DNA of 64,000 nt from an uncultured Acidobacteriota bacterium. Lineage in GTDB: Bacteria; Acidobacteriota; Vicinamibacteria; Vicinamibacterales; CAVVIG01. The position numbers and the translations under genes were made by a program. A model generated the notes under the pieces. It was not told where the DNA came from and did no database searches. It worked only from the letters and a program-made list of their open reading frames with translations. The stretch is taken from the NCBI GenBank assembly GCA_963757355.1, contig CAVWRG010000003.1:2609842-2673841 (forward strand), read 5' to 3'. Below, piece by piece: positions 1 through 7,754 of this stretch; the stretch's first letter is position 1; every line of letters begins with the position of its first letter.

Positions 1-1
1 C

Positions 2-1051
2 GCGCGTGCGTTCGAGCAACTCGCCACGGGACGATTCACGAAGCAAGAAGTCATTGCCCGAATGACCGAGGCCGGCTTGCGCACGCGGCATGGATTGGTG
101 CTCTCGCCGCAAAGCTTTGGCCAGATGGTGCGGAACCCGATTTACGTCGGCAGGGTCGAGAGTCCGGACTATGGCGTGTCAACCCGCGGCGATTTCGAGC
201 CGCTGATTGACGAGGCCACGTTCTATCGCGTGCAGGCTGTTCTCGATGGCCGCGTCGTCGTGGCAGGACCACGACCGCGGAATCATCCAGATTTTCCGCT
301 CAGAGGATTCGTGCGTTGCGAAACGTGCGGCCGTCCGCTGACGGACAGCTGGTCGAAGGGCCGGAACGGTCGCTACGCGTACTACCACTGCCAGCGCCAG
401 TGCCGGGCGGTCAACATCGGCAAGGCGACGCTGGAAGGAGCCTTCGTCGATGAGCTCGCATTGCTGCAGCCAACGCCTGGCTACATGCGTCTGGTCAAGG
501 ATCGAATCCTCTGCGTGTGGGAACAGCGTCGGGCGGAAGCGAAGGACCGGACGACGGAACAGCAACGGCGGGTGAGTGGCATTCAGCAGAAGCTGGACAA
601 GCTGGACGAGGCGTTCCTCTACTCGGAGGCGATCGACGTCACGACCTACGGCCGGCAACGCGACAAGCTGCGCGAAGAGCTGACGCTGGCCAAGATCGAC
701 CATCACGCCGAGGCCGTCGATGAACTCGACGTGGAAGGCATCCTGGCGTTCGCAGAACGTATTCTGCCGCGCGCATCAGACCTCTGGGTGCAGGCGTCGC
801 TCGACTACAAGCAGCGGCTTCAGCAGCTGTTTTTTCCGGAAGGCGTGGCGTTCGACGGAAAACGATTCAATCGAACCGCCGCAACGGCACCACTTTTCAA
901 GTACTTGGCGCCGTCCGAGAGCGCTGATGAAAGGAGTGGTGAGCCAGGAAGGAATCGAACCTTCAACCCGCAGATTAAGAGTCTGCTGCTCTGCCAATTG
1001 AGCTACTGGCCCAGTCGTTGGGCGGGGCGTAAAGACAAAATCCAATTCTAG
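2..1051 (+). CDS. Large serine recombinase, C-terminal portion (5' end outside window). No stop codon until the ORF has run antisense through tRNA-Lys
   Basis: Frame is open from nt 2 (ARAFEQLATGRFTKQEVIARM...). Zinc-ribbon recombinase motif GFVRCETCGRPLT..GRYAYYHCQRQC is followed by a long coiled coil (QQKLDKLDEAF..LREELTLAKI), the large-serine-recombinase layout. The last ~38 codons are antisense tRNA sequence, so the true C-terminus is uncertain. Confidence 0.8.
   Translation, partial: ARAFEQLATGRFTKQEVIARMTEAGLRTRHGLVLSPQSFGQMVRNPIYVGRVESPDYGVSTRGDFEPLIDEATFYRVQAVLDGRVVVAGPRPRNHPDFPLRGFVRCETCGRPLTDSWSKGRNGRYAYYHCQRQCRAVNIGKATLEGAFVDELALLQPTPGYMRLVKDRILCVWEQRRAEAKDRTTEQQRRVSGIQQKLDKLDEAFLYSEAIDVTTYGRQRDKLREELTLAKIDHHAEAVDELDVEGILAFAERILPRASDLWVQASLDYKQRLQQLFFPEGVAFDGKRFNRTAATAPLFKYLAPSESADERSGEPGRNRTFNPQIKSLLLCQLSYWPSRWAGRKDKIQF
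937..1012 (-). tRNA. tRNA-Lys (anticodon CTT), CCA encoded
   Basis: The reverse complement GGGCCAGTAGCTCAATTGGCAGAGCAGCAGACTCTTAATCTGCGGGTTGAAGGTTCGATTCCTTCCTGGCTCACCA folds as a cloverleaf. It has a 7-bp acceptor stem, anticodon stem GCAGA/TCTGC with loop CTCTTAA, and T-arm GAAGG-TTCGATT-CCTTC. Confidence 0.92.
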
Positions 1052-1364
1052 CATGCGCCGCACCTTGCGCCACGGTGGCGCGTCGGCCGCACTCCTTGAA
1101 CCACATCCGTGCGCCTCGCTCAGACGGATCGCGCGACGGCCTTCGAACGCGACGCTTTTTCAACACATCTTCCGTAAACGCAATAGCTTAGCGCAGAGGT
1201 CTGTAGATCTGCCCCGCCGATGTTGCCAGCCTTGACCGCGCGCGGGGGAGTGCCGAGCCCCGAGGAATCGACGTGAAGACGCTCGGGATGCACGGAGAAA
1301 TTTTGCGCCACGCCGTCAGCGTGGCCGTCAAGCACATCGAAGGCGTGGAGGCCTGACGATTGAC

Positions 1365-1778
1365 TTGCTCTCCGCCGTTGGCGGTATGCTGGCTGGAGTG
1401 ATTCGCGCAGTCGTTGTCCTCAGCGTGATGTTGGGCGTGGCGTTTTCACCGCTCGCCGTCGACGCATGTCTGACGTCTTGTCAGGCGTCGTCCACGTCGG
1501 CACCGGCGACAAGCGCGCACCATGCCTGCCATACTGACGAAACGCCGTACGTGGGTGCCTACGCAGGAGCCTGTGGACACGATCACGCTCTGGTCGTCGA
1601 CGGGATCATCCGCGCAGACCAGCGGTCCAGCGCTCACGCACGCTCGACGGCCACCGCCGCACTGCCCCTTGGCGCCGCACGTCTGAACGTCGCGCAGATC
1701 ACCCGGGCGACTTCACCGCCGCGTGCCTCCGCCGCCCTCACACCCGTCGCCTCTTTCGCCGTCCCGCTCCGCGTGTAA
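1365..1778 (+). CDS. Hypothetical membrane-anchored Cys/His-rich protein (possible metal binding)
   Basis: TTG-start ORF with an N-terminal hydrophobic helix (VIRAVVVLSVMLGVAF), then clusters CLTSC, HHACH and ACGHDH. It lies directly upstream of, and co-oriented with, the Met-rich protein. ORF-level support only. Confidence 0.35.
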   Translation: MLSAVGGMLAGVIRAVVVLSVMLGVAFSPLAVDACLTSCQASSTSAPATSAHHACHTDETPYVGAYAGACGHDHALVVDGIIRADQRSSAHARSTATAALPLGAARLNVAQITRATSPPRASAALTPVASFAVPLRV

Positions 1779-1831
1779 CCACCGTTCACGCTGAATGTCT
1801 GCACGTCCCGCGACGGTCGCGGCGTGTCCAC

Positions 1832-3184
1832 GTGTGTTCAAACGAACGGGGTGTCGGTGTGCGATTCGTCAGTTCTGGAACAGCCAGCGCGTTCACCGCT
1901 GGCCTCGTGGTGTGGTGGTCGGTGCTCGCCGGTGCTCAGGTTCCCGCCGATGGCGCACCGCCGCCCCAGGAATCACACGAGACGATGCAGATGAACGACC
2001 ACATGCAGATGAACATGGAGCCGAGTGGCTGGCAATTCATGCAGGATGGCGTCCTCCGGCTGATGTTCAATCACCAAGGTGGTCCGCGTGGCGGCGACGA
2101 AGTGGTCGCGCCGAACTGGTGGATGGGCATGGCGAGCCGCAAGCTCGGCACGTCGCGCCTGACGCTCACCAGCATGTTCAGCCTCGACCCGGCGACCGTG
2201 GGGAAATCGGGCTATCGCGAAATTCTCCAAGTCGGAGAAGCGCTGAACGGGAAGCCGCTGATCGATCGCCAGCATCCGCATGATCTGTTCATGCAGCTGG
2301 CGGCCATCTGGCGCTTCCCGCTCTCCGAGACGACGGGCGTGACGATCGCGGGGGGACCTGTGGGCGAACCGGCGCTTGGGCCGGTCGCCTTCATGCACCG
2401 TGCGTCGGCGGCGGACATTCCGCTCGCGCCGCTCAGCCACCACACCTTTGATTCGACGCACATCGCGTTCGGTGTCGTGACCGGGGCCGTCGATCACGGA
2501 CCAGTCACCGTGGAAGCGTCAGTGTTCAATGGGCGGGAGCCGGACGAGAATCGATGGGATTTCGACTTCGGCCGGCTCGATTCCGTGTCCGCACGCGTCT
2601 GGTTTCGCCCGACCGATGAATGGGAATTTCAGGCGTCAACCGGACATCTGGTGCAGCCCGAGCAGCTCGAGCCGGGCAACATCCAACGCACGACCGCGTC
2701 GGCCGCGTGGTTCCGGCGCAACGGCTCTGATTTCATGGCGGTCACGGTCGGCTACGGGATCAATGCGCTGGAGGCGACAAACCGTCAGGCCGTTTTTGCC
2801 GAAGCGACGCACCGCAGCGATCACTTCTCGTTGTTTGGACGCGTTGAGGCGGTGCAGGTCGAAACCGCCGTGCTGCTGAACGATGTCGAGCCGACGACCC
2901 TCGCGCAAGAGGCGCTCAAGAACACCGTGGGCGCGTTGACGCTCGGCGCCACACACGATCTCGTACGCTGGCACGGGTTCGAAAGCAGCGTTGGCGGCGC
3001 GGTGACGCTCAACGCCGTGCCGGCCGTGCTGCGCGAGACGCACGGCGCACATCCTGTGTCGTTTCAAGTGTTCCTGACGATCCGTCCGCCGGTCGGCGCG
3101 ATGGGGCGGATGTGGAACATGCGGATGTCGCAACCGATGGCGGGGCGTAGCATGTCGATGCCCATGGATCATCAGATGCCGTGA
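1832..3184 (+). CDS. Putative outer-membrane/exported protein with Met/His-rich termini (copper-handling-like)
   Basis: Signal-like N-terminus (AFTAGLVVWWSVLAGAQV). MQMNDHMQMNM lies near the N-terminus and MWNMRMSQPMAGRSMSMPMDHQMP at the C-terminus. The core looks conserved (NWWMGMA, DRQHPHDLFMQLAA) with beta-strand-like alternation. Start codon uncertain. Confidence 0.6.
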   Translation: MCSNERGVGVRFVSSGTASAFTAGLVVWWSVLAGAQVPADGAPPPQESHETMQMNDHMQMNMEPSGWQFMQDGVLRLMFNHQGGPRGGDEVVAPNWWMGMASRKLGTSRLTLTSMFSLDPATVGKSGYREILQVGEALNGKPLIDRQHPHDLFMQLAAIWRFPLSETTGVTIAGGPVGEPALGPVAFMHRASAADIPLAPLSHHTFDSTHIAFGVVTGAVDHGPVTVEASVFNGREPDENRWDFDFGRLDSVSARVWFRPTDEWEFQASTGHLVQPEQLEPGNIQRTTASAAWFRRNGSDFMAVTVGYGINALEATNRQAVFAEATHRSDHFSLFGRVEAVQVETAVLLNDVEPTTLAQEALKNTVGALTLGATHDLVRWHGFESSVGGAVTLNAVPAVLRETHGAHPVSFQVFLTIRPPVGAMGRMWNMRMSQPMAGRSMSMPMDHQMP

Positions 3185-3293
3185 GCGTCTGCCTGTGCTA
3201 TCGTGGGTGCGTCGGCGCGGCAATGGCAACCAGATCTTCTACGATGAACCTTTCTCTGACGGGACGATTCCGCCCTTCATCACGCGGGTTGTT

Positions 3294-4034
3294 TCAAATC
3301 GACGCGCGGGTGAACACGTCGAGCATGTCCGCCGCTGACGGCGGCTCCAACACGTAACGAGCGGCAAAATCTTCTGGCCACGGAAACGTGGTGGCTCGCA
3401 TCCGCTCCGCCGCTTTGCTCAAATCGTAGTCCGTGTGTCGAAGCTGCGCGTTCGGTCCGAGTAGCAGCCAATCGGCACCGGGTTCGCCGAAGGGCATCCC
3501 AATGCTGCCAGCGTTCACGACGCGCGTCTTGCCGACCATTCGGTCGAACTGCATGTGCGTATGTCCACAGACGACGAGAGATGCATTGAGCCCTTCGAAG
3601 ATTGGCAACAGACGGTCTTCGGGCGTGCCGCGGGTAAATATCTCGTTGTCGTCTCGCGGAGTTGCGTGACAGAACAACACGTCGCCCAATCCATCAATGT
3701 GAAGCCGTTGCGTTAATGGCCAACTTGCTAAGACCGACTGGTAATCATGGATTTGCTCCGCCGTCCATTGAATCGCCGGACGATACTGTTCGGGCACGTG
3801 GGCTGGCGTGTTGCCTGCCATCTGCTCAAGCACAGCGACCTCACCGTTGCCGTAAATGAACTGCACGGGCAACGGAAGACCGAGCAGGCATTCCATTGTT
3901 TCGCGCGCCATTGGTCCGATCGGCACATCGCCGCCGACTACGATGTGGTCGACGTCTGCTTGGCACACCTGTTCTAAAACCGCTTCAAGGGCGGGCAGGT
4001 TGCCGTGGATATCGTAGAGTGCCGCAATCCGCAT
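3294..4034 (-). CDS. Metallophosphoesterase (calcineurin-like phosphoesterase family)
   Basis: Motifs occur in canonical order: DIHGN, VVGGD, GNGE, CHATP, CGHTH. The start is placed at MRIAALYDIHGN (ATG complement at 4032-4034) rather than the ORF-track M at 4253. Confidence 0.8.
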   Translation of the reverse strand: MRIAALYDIHGNLPALEAVLEQVCQADVDHIVVGGDVPIGPMARETMECLLGLPLPVQFIYGNGEVAVLEQMAGNTPAHVPEQYRPAIQWTAEQIHDYQSVLASWPLTQRLHIDGLGDVLFCHATPRDDNEIFTRGTPEDRLLPIFEGLNASLVVCGHTHMQFDRMVGKTRVVNAGSIGMPFGEPGADWLLLGPNAQLRHTDYDLSKAAERMRATTFPWPEDFAARYVLEPPSAADMLDVFTRASI

Positions 4035-4141
4035 GTGTCTGTACCTTGTGCTGTTCCCTACTTCACGAGTCCCGGTAGAGGTCCAGCCGGATTGTGCCTG
4101 ATCCATTGTCGGCCACTTCCGGTGCTTCAGAGAGACCGGCG

Positions 4142-4462
4142 TCACTCCAGCAAAGCAGTGCAGCTCTGCGCCACAGCCAAGAGTTCGACGTTGTTGGCGC
4201 ATAGGCATTCGAACAGTGACTCCGCGTGTCGGAGGTCGCTGGTCCGCCAGCACCGGACGAGGTCAAACGCGTGAGTGGCGGCGCCGTCCAAGAGCTGTTT
4301 TCTGTCGTCACCGATGACCGTGACGGTCACCCAGCCCATGGCGTCGGCGAATCGTTGCATCGCGATCCGCTTGTTGGCCGCCAGCAATGAATCACTGCTG
4401 GAGGTGAAGATGGCGAGACGTCGCGCGACGGCTTCCGGCGGACGGCTCGTATGTTCGACCAC
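4142..4462 (-). CDS. Hypothetical protein. It lies in the same frame as ORF 4487..4684, separated only by a TAA (possible decayed gene)
   Basis: 106-aa GTG-start ORF with no recognisable motif. The region is visibly less GC-rich than its surroundings and adjoins tRNA-Arg. Confidence 0.25.
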   Translation of the reverse strand: MVEHTSRPPEAVARRLAIFTSSSDSLLAANKRIAMQRFADAMGWVTVTVIGDDRKQLLDGAATHAFDLVRCWRTSDLRHAESLFECLCANNVELLAVAQSCTALLE

Positions 4463-4848
4463 AGGACGGTTCGACTTTCTCGGATGTTAACCGAGGTTGA
4501 TTGCCTCTTCAATGCGGTCGGTCGTCATCTCCATGGCCGCTGGGCCCGCCGAAGCGATGAGAAACGGCGGAATCTGTAGGCGAGAAATGCCAGCGGGGTG
4601 AGCGGCTCTCTGATGTGGACGAGGGCTCTGACCGGAATTGTGATTGTGCCGATCCGAATGCTGGTTTTTATTGCGGTCTACCACATGCGAGCCAGGCGTT
4701 TGCCGACCGGGAAGTTTCGCGTGGTTCTTCCGGACCTGTTAGAATGCTCAACGTCGTCGGTAGCCGGTCGACCAGCTGAAAAACCAGCGGAACAAGAGAA
4801 CCGGCTTATCGACACGCAAACCGCTAAGTTGTTGCAGTGTTTTGAGAT

Positions 4849-4925
4849 GCGCCCGTAGCTCAGATGGATAGAGCGACAGGCTTCGAACCTGTAGGCCGGG
4901 GGTTCGATCCCCTCCGGGCGCACCA
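4849..4925 (+). tRNA. tRNA-Arg (anticodon TCG), CCA encoded
   Basis: GCGCCCGTAGCTCAGATGGATAGAGCGACAGGCTTCGAACCTGTAGGCCGGGGGTTCGATCCCCTCCGGGCGCACCA. Anticodon stem is ACAGG/CCTGT with loop CTTCGAA, and the T-loop is TTCGATC. Confidence 0.92.
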
Positions 4926-5084
4926 CCCTTTTGCCGCGATCTCCTCGCATGAGCGTCGTGCGGTTGAGCCGGCGTTCACAGCGCGTCCGTCCTTTCTTAA
5001 CAATTAGCGCAAGCACGACCACACGAGACTGAGAATTCGTGTGGATGAGTAAACCGCACGCGCCGTGCCCCCGATAGAGCGGCC

Positions 5085-5711
5085 ATGAGTTCGTCGATGC
5101 TGAGACGCGCTCGCGAAGAGTCCGCCATCAGCACTGCAGATCTCGAGCGGCTGACGCGACTGTCGCCCCGCGTCATCTCGGCCATAGACGAGGAACGGTA
5201 CGAGTCGCTGCCGGCCGGTATCTATGCGCGCACGGCCGTACGTGCGTATGCGCAGGCGGTCGGCCTGGACCCGGCCGAGGTGCTGGCGACCCTGCAGCCT
5301 CTGCTGCCCGAGACCCCGCTCGATTTGGCGGCTCTTGCGGAATTGCGGGCGCAGCCTCGGCGGAACAGATCGAGCCGCTACATTCTCGCGGCCACGGCCG
5401 ACGCCGCACTCCTCTTACTCATCGCCGCCACAATCCTTCGCGTCTGCGCCGCAGCGTGCCATCTCGCATCGTCGGAGCTGCTGAGAGACGCGCCGGCGTC
5501 GATGGCGATCCTCTGCTCGACGCCAATCGTGCTGTATTTCTGGCTCCTCGGCGCGACCGACGTTCGCACCGCCGGCCCGTGGCTCTTCGATCTCACGATT
5601 CTTCCGCCCGCGAAAGGCCCGCTCTCGCTGCACGCCTGGCTGCGGCGTGGATTCCTGTACGTGACGCGTGAGCTCGCCCTCGCGCTTGGGGCGGCGGTAG
5701 AGGTGACGTGA
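5085..5711 (+). CDS. RodZ-like helix-turn-helix membrane protein
   Basis: The N-terminus (ISTADLERLTRLSPRVISAIDEERYESLPAGIYARTAVRAYAQAVGLDPAEVL) matches the RodZ/HTH_25 pattern. Hydrophobic segments follow. Confidence 0.6.
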   Translation: MSSSMLRRAREESAISTADLERLTRLSPRVISAIDEERYESLPAGIYARTAVRAYAQAVGLDPAEVLATLQPLLPETPLDLAALAELRAQPRRNRSSRYILAATADAALLLLIAATILRVCAAACHLASSELLRDAPASMAILCSTPIVLYFWLLGATDVRTAGPWLFDLTILPPAKGPLSLHAWLRRGFLYVTRELALALGAAVEVT

Positions 5712-5808
5712 TCGATGCCGGCCGGCGCCTTCACAGTTCGATATGGCTGAACTTGACTCGCGCGCCACGCAAAGCGCACATTAGGCGCTCGCCTTCATCG
5801 TCATTCGG

Positions 5809-7155
5809 ATGATTCACGTGGGCGCACACGAAAACCTCCACCCCGCCACCGTGCAGCCGGCGTCCAACGGCCTGATCTGGCCGCCGCCCGCCGCCGACAT
5901 GGATGTGCTGTGGCTCGACGACGAGCATCCGCCTGCGGCCGTCACTTCCTCATCGGCGGATCGCGTCATGTCGTTGTCGCGGTCGGCGGATCGCTCCGTG
6001 CCGCTCTCGCGTCTGCGGTCTCGAGGCGTCACCGTCGAATGGCACGATGCGGTCGCGCTGCTGCAGCAGCTCGTCGAGCAACTCGCTCCAGACAGAGCCC
6101 GTCCTCCTGACGGCAGTGTTCCTGATCTCGACGCGATCACCATCGAGCCGTCCGGCCGATTGATGGCCACGCTGAATCCGCCCGGAGAGCCGTTCGTCAA
6201 AGGGCTCGGCCGGCTGCTCAACGAACTGCTGCAATCGAACCCGGCGCCCGCGAACCTGCGGTTGCTCGCATGGCAGGCGGCCTCGGACTCGGCGGCCCCG
6301 CTTCGGCTGGACGAGTTCGGTCGGCAACTCGCAGGCTGGGAGCGTCCCGGCCGCGCCGCAGCATTGGTCGCGTTGTACGCACGCGCCGCAAGTGCCAAGC
6401 CGGACGTCAGCGAACCGGTGCTGCCCGCCGAACCTACGCGCGCACCGATGCCGACGCCGCCGGCTGCCATCGAGGCGCCGAAGCCTGACGCCTCGCGTCG
6501 AAAGCGGAGGACCTTGTACTTCTCGGCCGTGGCGTGCGTCGCGCTCCTTGCCGCGGGGTTCGCCGCGTACTCGATTCGTCAGAGCGGCACAGATCAGATC
6601 GTTACCTCGGACGCCGCGGGCAGCGACATCGAACTCCCGCACATGACGCCCGGCCGTCGGCTTCGCAGCGGCGCCGTGGTCAACCGTGCACTAGAGGCTG
6701 TCTTGCCGCGGCGAACCGATGTGCCGCGCGCGGGAGCGCTATCGAACCGCCAGCCACAGGCGCGCACAGGGGCAAGCCCAGGCAATCTCGAGCCGCCGCA
6801 ACTGCGGCTGGAGCTGTCTGCCGCCGAAGCCCCTCCGATCTCAACTCCGCAGCCGTCGATCTTCACGATCGATGATTCCACGGTCGTGGAGCCGCAGCTG
6901 ATTCGGCCCTATTTGCCATTTCGCGCGCACACGGGAACCCCGCCGGATGCGCTCGGCGTTCTGGAGCTCGTCGTGGATACGCAGGGTGCGGTGGAGTCCG
7001 TACACTTGAACAGTCCCGATAACCGGTATCGCGAGCGCTGGTGGGTGTTTGCGGCGAAGAACTGGCAGTTCCGGCCTGCGATGAAGAACGGGACGCCGGT
7101 TCGCTTCCTCAAGCGGATCCCGCTGACCGATCTGAACATGCTCGAGCCGCAGTAG
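5809..7155 (+). CDS. TonB C-terminal-domain protein (membrane-anchored, Pro-rich linker)
   Basis: Central TM segment (LYFSAVACVALLAAGFAAY) and a Pro/Ala-rich region. The C-terminus (VLELVVDTQGAVESVHLNS..AKNWQFRPAMKNGTPVRF) is TonB_C-like. Start uncertain. Confidence 0.55.
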   Translation: MIHVGAHENLHPATVQPASNGLIWPPPAADMDVLWLDDEHPPAAVTSSSADRVMSLSRSADRSVPLSRLRSRGVTVEWHDAVALLQQLVEQLAPDRARPPDGSVPDLDAITIEPSGRLMATLNPPGEPFVKGLGRLLNELLQSNPAPANLRLLAWQAASDSAAPLRLDEFGRQLAGWERPGRAAALVALYARAASAKPDVSEPVLPAEPTRAPMPTPPAAIEAPKPDASRRKRRTLYFSAVACVALLAAGFAAYSIRQSGTDQIVTSDAAGSDIELPHMTPGRRLRSGAVVNRALEAVLPRRTDVPRAGALSNRQPQARTGASPGNLEPPQLRLELSAAEAPPISTPQPSIFTIDDSTVVEPQLIRPYLPFRAHTGTPPDALGVLELVVDTQGAVESVHLNSPDNRYRERWWVFAAKNWQFRPAMKNGTPVRFLKRIPLTDLNMLEPQ

Positions 7156-7308
7156 GGTTCGAACGACGCGAGTGGTGACGGGGAGCCGTGGCGGGCGAAC
7201 AGGCGTGTGTGTGCTACGATTCCTACGCCGCTCTGACGACCGACTCGCCGATGTGAACGGATCTGGTCGCTGTCAGGCGCGTCAATATTTCTTTTCGCCA
7301 GTTTCATC

Positions 7309-7385
7309 GCGCCCGTAGCTCAGCTGGATAGAGCGGCGGCCTCCGGAGCCGCAGGCCACAGGTTCGAATCCTGTCGGGCGCACCA
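7309..7385 (+). tRNA. tRNA-Arg (anticodon CCG), CCA encoded
   Basis: GCGCCCGTAGCTCAGCTGGATAGAGCGGCGGCCTCCGGAGCCGCAGGCCACAGGTTCGAATCCTGTCGGGCGCACCA. Anticodon stem is GCGGC/GCCGC with loop CTCCGGA. Confidence 0.92.
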
Positions 7386-7386
7386 A

Positions 7387-7476
7387 GTCAGTCGTCAGTC
7401 ACCAGTCATCATCAGTCGCCAGTCGTCATCAGTCGCCAGTCGTCATCAGTCGCCAGTCGTTATCAGTCGCCAGTCA
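7387..7476. repeat. Tandem CAGTC-based repeat (17-bp unit CAGTCGCCAGTCGTCAT, about 3.7 copies plus degenerate copies) abutting the tRNA-Arg 3' end
   Basis: Units read at 7413-7429, 7430-7446 and 7447-7463 (one mismatch), with a partial unit at 7464-7475. Degenerate GTCAGTC/ACCAGTC copies run from 7387. Confidence 0.9.
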
Positions 7477-7592
7477 AGCCTCGCTCCTCAGCTCCGCAAA
7501 TCGCAGCTCCGCAGATTTCAACTTCTCAAATCATCTTCTGGTATCCGCCTTGCTGCATGAGGCGCGACGAGGGTAACCAGGAGGAGGGCAGC

Positions 7593-7745
7593 ATGGCTGA
7601 GAAGCGCGAGAAGACGCCAGAGGAGCAGGAACAAGTCGGCCGTACCGCAGACGAAGACATCACCGACGCCGCCGATGATTTCGAAGATACAGACGACGAT
7701 TTGGACCAGGATGAAGGAGACGGAGAGACGGAGGCCACCGAGTAA
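7593..7745 (+). CDS. Small hyper-acidic hypothetical protein (50 aa)
   Basis: AGGAGG lies 6-7 nt upstream of the ATG at 7593. The sequence MAEKREKTPEEQEQVGRTADEDITDAADDFEDTDDDLDQDEGDGETEATE has 23 of 50 residues D/E by my count. Confidence 0.45.
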   Translation: MAEKREKTPEEQEQVGRTADEDITDAADDFEDTDDDLDQDEGDGETEATE

Positions 7746-7754
7746 CGTCGTCCT

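Noticed and set aside
4849-7385. Two tRNA-Arg genes bracketing a putative genomic island
   Set aside because: The tRNAs have different anticodons (TCG, CCG), so they are not att duplications. The intervening genes (RodZ-like, TonB-like) have host-like GC, and no recombinase is present.
7387-7476. Possible CRISPR array (also considered for the 27-mers at 21445-21524)
   Set aside because: The repeat units are contiguous, with no unique spacers between them. The units are too short (17 bp) or too few (3), and no cas genes are in the window.
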